Virus record (IMG/VR): IMGVR_UViG_3300032277_002983
Coordinates: 1 to 37,701 of that record
DNA from: a virus
Lineage: Duplodnaviria > Caudoviricetes
Length of the DNA stretch: 37,701 nucleotides
Direction: 5' to 3' (one strand)
Every line of letters begins with the position of its first letter. Position 1 is the stretch's first letter. Positions 35,342 through 37,701 of the stretch are shown here, piece by piece. The notes beneath the pieces are model-generated. The model was not told where the DNA came from, did not search any database, and saw only the letters and a list, made by a program, of their open reading frames with translations. The translations under genes were made by a program, and so were the position numbers.

Positions 35342-36484
35342 ATGACGCCAAGAAAACGCAACAAGAAGAACCAAGACCTTGCGGGTCTAAATTTGTACCT
35401 TGAAGAGCGCAACGGCATTATTTATTACCGCTATCGCAATAAGCGGGCATGGGTGACTGGAGAATTAAAATCTGTCAGCGTGATTATTGGCAATTCAAAC
35501 GAACAGAGTGAGCAATATATTACGCGTCAAGAAGCCAAGGCAACGGCTGCGATCCTGCAAGATAAATTCAGGACGCCTATTGCTGATGCATTGGCTGAAA
35601 AACTTGGCCGGTTGAAAAGCAGATCAACTGAATCTGTGCTAGGCGAATTCTACAGCCAGTATTTACCAACATTAAACCGGTCACCAAGCACCATTGAAAA
35701 TTACAAAACCAATTTTGACAAGATGAAACGTCAATTTGGCAATAAACCGTTTCCGCTGACCGTGGGCCAGGTCAATGATTACCTAAAAACCCTCACCGAG
35801 CATGCCTACATCAAGCACCGTGCGCAATTGTGCAAGGTCTACGATTGGGCCATAAGCCAGGGTTATTGCCCCGTAGGACAAAACAATGCCGCCGCCACGC
35901 TCAAGAAAGCGGAGCCACGCCGCCAACGTCCCAGGATACAAACATGGGCCCAATACCAGGCGATCTATAATCAGGCCGACGAGTGGCTACAGATAGCAAT
36001 GGACTTTTGCCTTATCTCGCTGCAGCCCAGGCAAGTTGCTGTCGAGGTAACCCACGATATGTTGCAGCAAGGAAAAATAAGGGTTGTACGCACAAAATCC
36101 ATGGACCACCTGGAAATACAAGTTGGCCCAAGCTTGTTGGCCGTCATTGAGCGGTCCCGGCGCACCGCTGTGCCCTCCCCTTACGTTATCCACCGCAAAC
36201 CAATCAAGCGTCAGCGCTCAAACTCACACTGGACCGCCGTAGCGCCGGATTATCTAACCAGGGCATTTACCCAGGCAGTGCGCAAAACAGGATTGTGGGG
36301 CAACAGCCACCCCACGCTGCACGAATTACGCAGCTTTGGCAAACAACTCTACAAAGCCCAGGGCCTGGAAACCCAGGATTTAATGGGGCACGAAGATGAC
36401 AGGATGCAAGCCCGGTATGACCGGGACCACGTCGAGTGGAAAAAATGTATCGCGGGTTTGGATGTGACAGATTTGAAAAAATGA
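35342..36484 (+). CDS. int: Tyrosine integrase, lambda-like
   Basis: Basic arm-binding N-terminus (MTPRKR...NLY...YYRYR), TLHELRS, LMGH, ARY; start taken at ATG 35342 rather than GTG 35216. Confidence 0.88.
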   Translation: MTPRKRNKKNQDLAGLNLYLEERNGIIYYRYRNKRAWVTGELKSVSVIIGNSNEQSEQYITRQEAKATAAILQDKFRTPIADALAEKLGRLKSRSTESVLGEFYSQYLPTLNRSPSTIENYKTNFDKMKRQFGNKPFPLTVGQVNDYLKTLTEHAYIKHRAQLCKVYDWAISQGYCPVGQNNAAATLKKAEPRRQRPRIQTWAQYQAIYNQADEWLQIAMDFCLISLQPRQVAVEVTHDMLQQGKIRVVRTKSMDHLEIQVGPSLLAVIERSRRTAVPSPYVIHRKPIKRQRSNSHWTAVAPDYLTRAFTQAVRKTGLWGNSHPTLHELRSFGKQLYKAQGLETQDLMGHEDDRMQARYDRDHVEWKKCIAGLDVTDLKK

Positions 36485-36562
36485 ACAATACTCACCTGCA
36501 TCAGAAGCCACATTTTCCATATGCATTTACTATCGCTATTGGATTTGCCAACGATTTGGCAG

Positions 36563-37219
36563 TTAACCAACAGGACAGCCCTTCATGTTAATTTCTTTAC
36601 CAATATAGTTTGCTTCCGCATCAATTACAGGCCAGACAAGAGATCTCAATTTGTCCTTCCTTGAATTTCGGATCCAAAACTTAAGCTTACTTAAATCCAT
36701 AGAAAAAGTCCGACTTAGAACTTTCTCCTGCGTTCTCTTTGTCAAATGAAATATTGCAAATACAATACTTAGTGGCTTCAATATACACCATAGCAATGGT
36801 GATGTGCTTATGATGTGTCTTAACATGGCATGATGTGCGCGCTTCAATGTACGAAGCACAAGTTTTTTATTGTCCATTGAAAGTTCATTAAACGCGGCCA
36901 TAAAATTCTGCTGATAATCAGATGATCGCCTACCCTTGTATATAAATTTATGTGCGTAAATCATGACAAATATTTGCATCAGATTTACCTCATGAGTAAA
37001 TTGTATCATCCCATTTAATGTGGTTCTTACCGTGCAATAAGACGGGTTTTGAAACGAAATATCTTTTCGCAATGCCGCATCAAAAAATTCATCTCTGATT
37101 GTAAATAGTCTCTGGCGGGTGTAATCCAGCCAGTAATTTTGCTGAGCAACAAAGAACAGCCACCAAGCTAAAAATACAACAATCATGAACAGTATAAACG
37201 TTATGTCACTTTCTATCAT
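36563..37219 (-). CDS. Hypothetical membrane-anchored protein
   Basis: 218 aa, N-terminal TM, AT-rich. Confidence 0.75.
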   Translation of the reverse strand: MIESDITFILFMIVVFLAWWLFFVAQQNYWLDYTRQRLFTIRDEFFDAALRKDISFQNPSYCTVRTTLNGMIQFTHEVNLMQIFVMIYAHKFIYKGRRSSDYQQNFMAAFNELSMDNKKLVLRTLKRAHHAMLRHIISTSPLLWCILKPLSIVFAIFHLTKRTQEKVLSRTFSMDLSKLKFWIRNSRKDKLRSLVWPVIDAEANYIGKEINMKGCPVG

Positions 37220-37701
37220 AAATCCTCCGGGTGCGTGTCCCCACGTGCTGTTAATCCGCTAGTTGATCTACTCGGATCTAGCTGTCGCTCGAGCAACTCG
37301 ATGCGATAGTGTAGTTTTTGGACAGTATCTTTACGTAAATGTCTTTCACGATACGAAAAAATAATAGACCCTATAGCCACAAGAATTGCGAATATTGTAA
37401 CTAAAGCTAGGTAAACATTCCATTTTGACCCTGCGTTATATTTAATCTCCGCATTAAAAGATGTGGCTTTACCTGAAAATGACGAGATCACCATTGCAAG
37501 TGGCTCCGCAAATCCTAATAGCGCTTTAGAAAGAGGTTCTACTGCAATATATACTATTATAACTATAGACCCCCATTTGATGAGCGTATTGACTGGGGCA
37601 CCAAAACCCTTAATCAATAAAGCTGCATTTATGGCTTTTGAGTTATGGCTTGCTTTTCGCCTCTCTTGTTTTTGTTTTTTATTATTGCTTTTATTAGTCA
37701 T
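37216..37701 (-). CDS. Hypothetical two-TM membrane protein
   Basis: 161 aa; basic N-terminus, two TMs, C-terminal coiled coil; ATGA overlap and GGAGG RBS for the next gene. Confidence 0.75.
   Translation of the reverse strand: MTNKSNNKKQKQERRKASHNSKAINAALLIKGFGAPVNTLIKWGSIVIIVYIAVEPLSKALLGFAEPLAMVISSFSGKATSFNAEIKYNAGSKWNVYLALVTIFAILVAIGSIIFSYRERHLRKDTVQKLHYRIELLERQLDPSRSTSGLTARGDTHPEDL

Larger units (their letters stand above)
1..36484. mobile_element. Lambdoid temperate siphophage/prophage (att sites not identified)
   Basis: Complete head, tail, replication, immunity and integrase modules in lambda-like order. Confidence 0.93.

Noticed and set aside
35216-36484. Integrase as an integron IntI
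   Set aside because: It has a lambda-type arm-binding N-terminus, no recognisable IntI-specific insertion, and is co-oriented downstream of the cassette-like genes
36485-36562. att core or second origin after the integrase (TGCCAA-CGAT-TTGGCA hairpin contains one iteron-like 8-mer)
   Set aside because: Single short match with no partner repeat at the other end of the window; more likely a weak hairpin between convergent genes

Overview
Near-complete temperate siphovirus (prophage) of a Gram-negative host, probably a gammaproteobacterium, with lambdoid organisation. The minus strand (about 114-26690) carries, in transcription order, cro, a TOPRIM primase and VapE-like helicase, an iteron origin, a Q-like regulator with pR'/tR', an accessory fibre/adhesin block, gpZ, a lambda-like cos with exact cosQ, terminase, a gpW-like protein, portal, a protease-capsid fusion, head-tail proteins, tail tube, a G/GT frameshift chaperone, tape measure, a Dit with a duplicated insert, hub, J-like tip, short fibre and membrane/lipoprotein lysis candidates. 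The plus strand (26759-36484) carries an HTH-only repressor, an outer-membrane beta-barrel moron, early genes (KilAC antirepressor, DUF2303, DUF3310, excisionase-like) and a lambda-type integrase. Two convergent membrane-protein genes follow the integrase. The most unusual part is the roughly 3 kb between the excisionase-like gene and the integrase: several small genes there are bracketed by mutually complementary GTTRRRY-like and RYYYAAC-like motifs with truncated attC-like flanks, yet there is no IntI. That stretch also holds a long structured RNA-like element, the only candidate endolysin, and a spacer built from copies of neighbouring genes. All product calls come from motif recognition by eye; no database searches were run.
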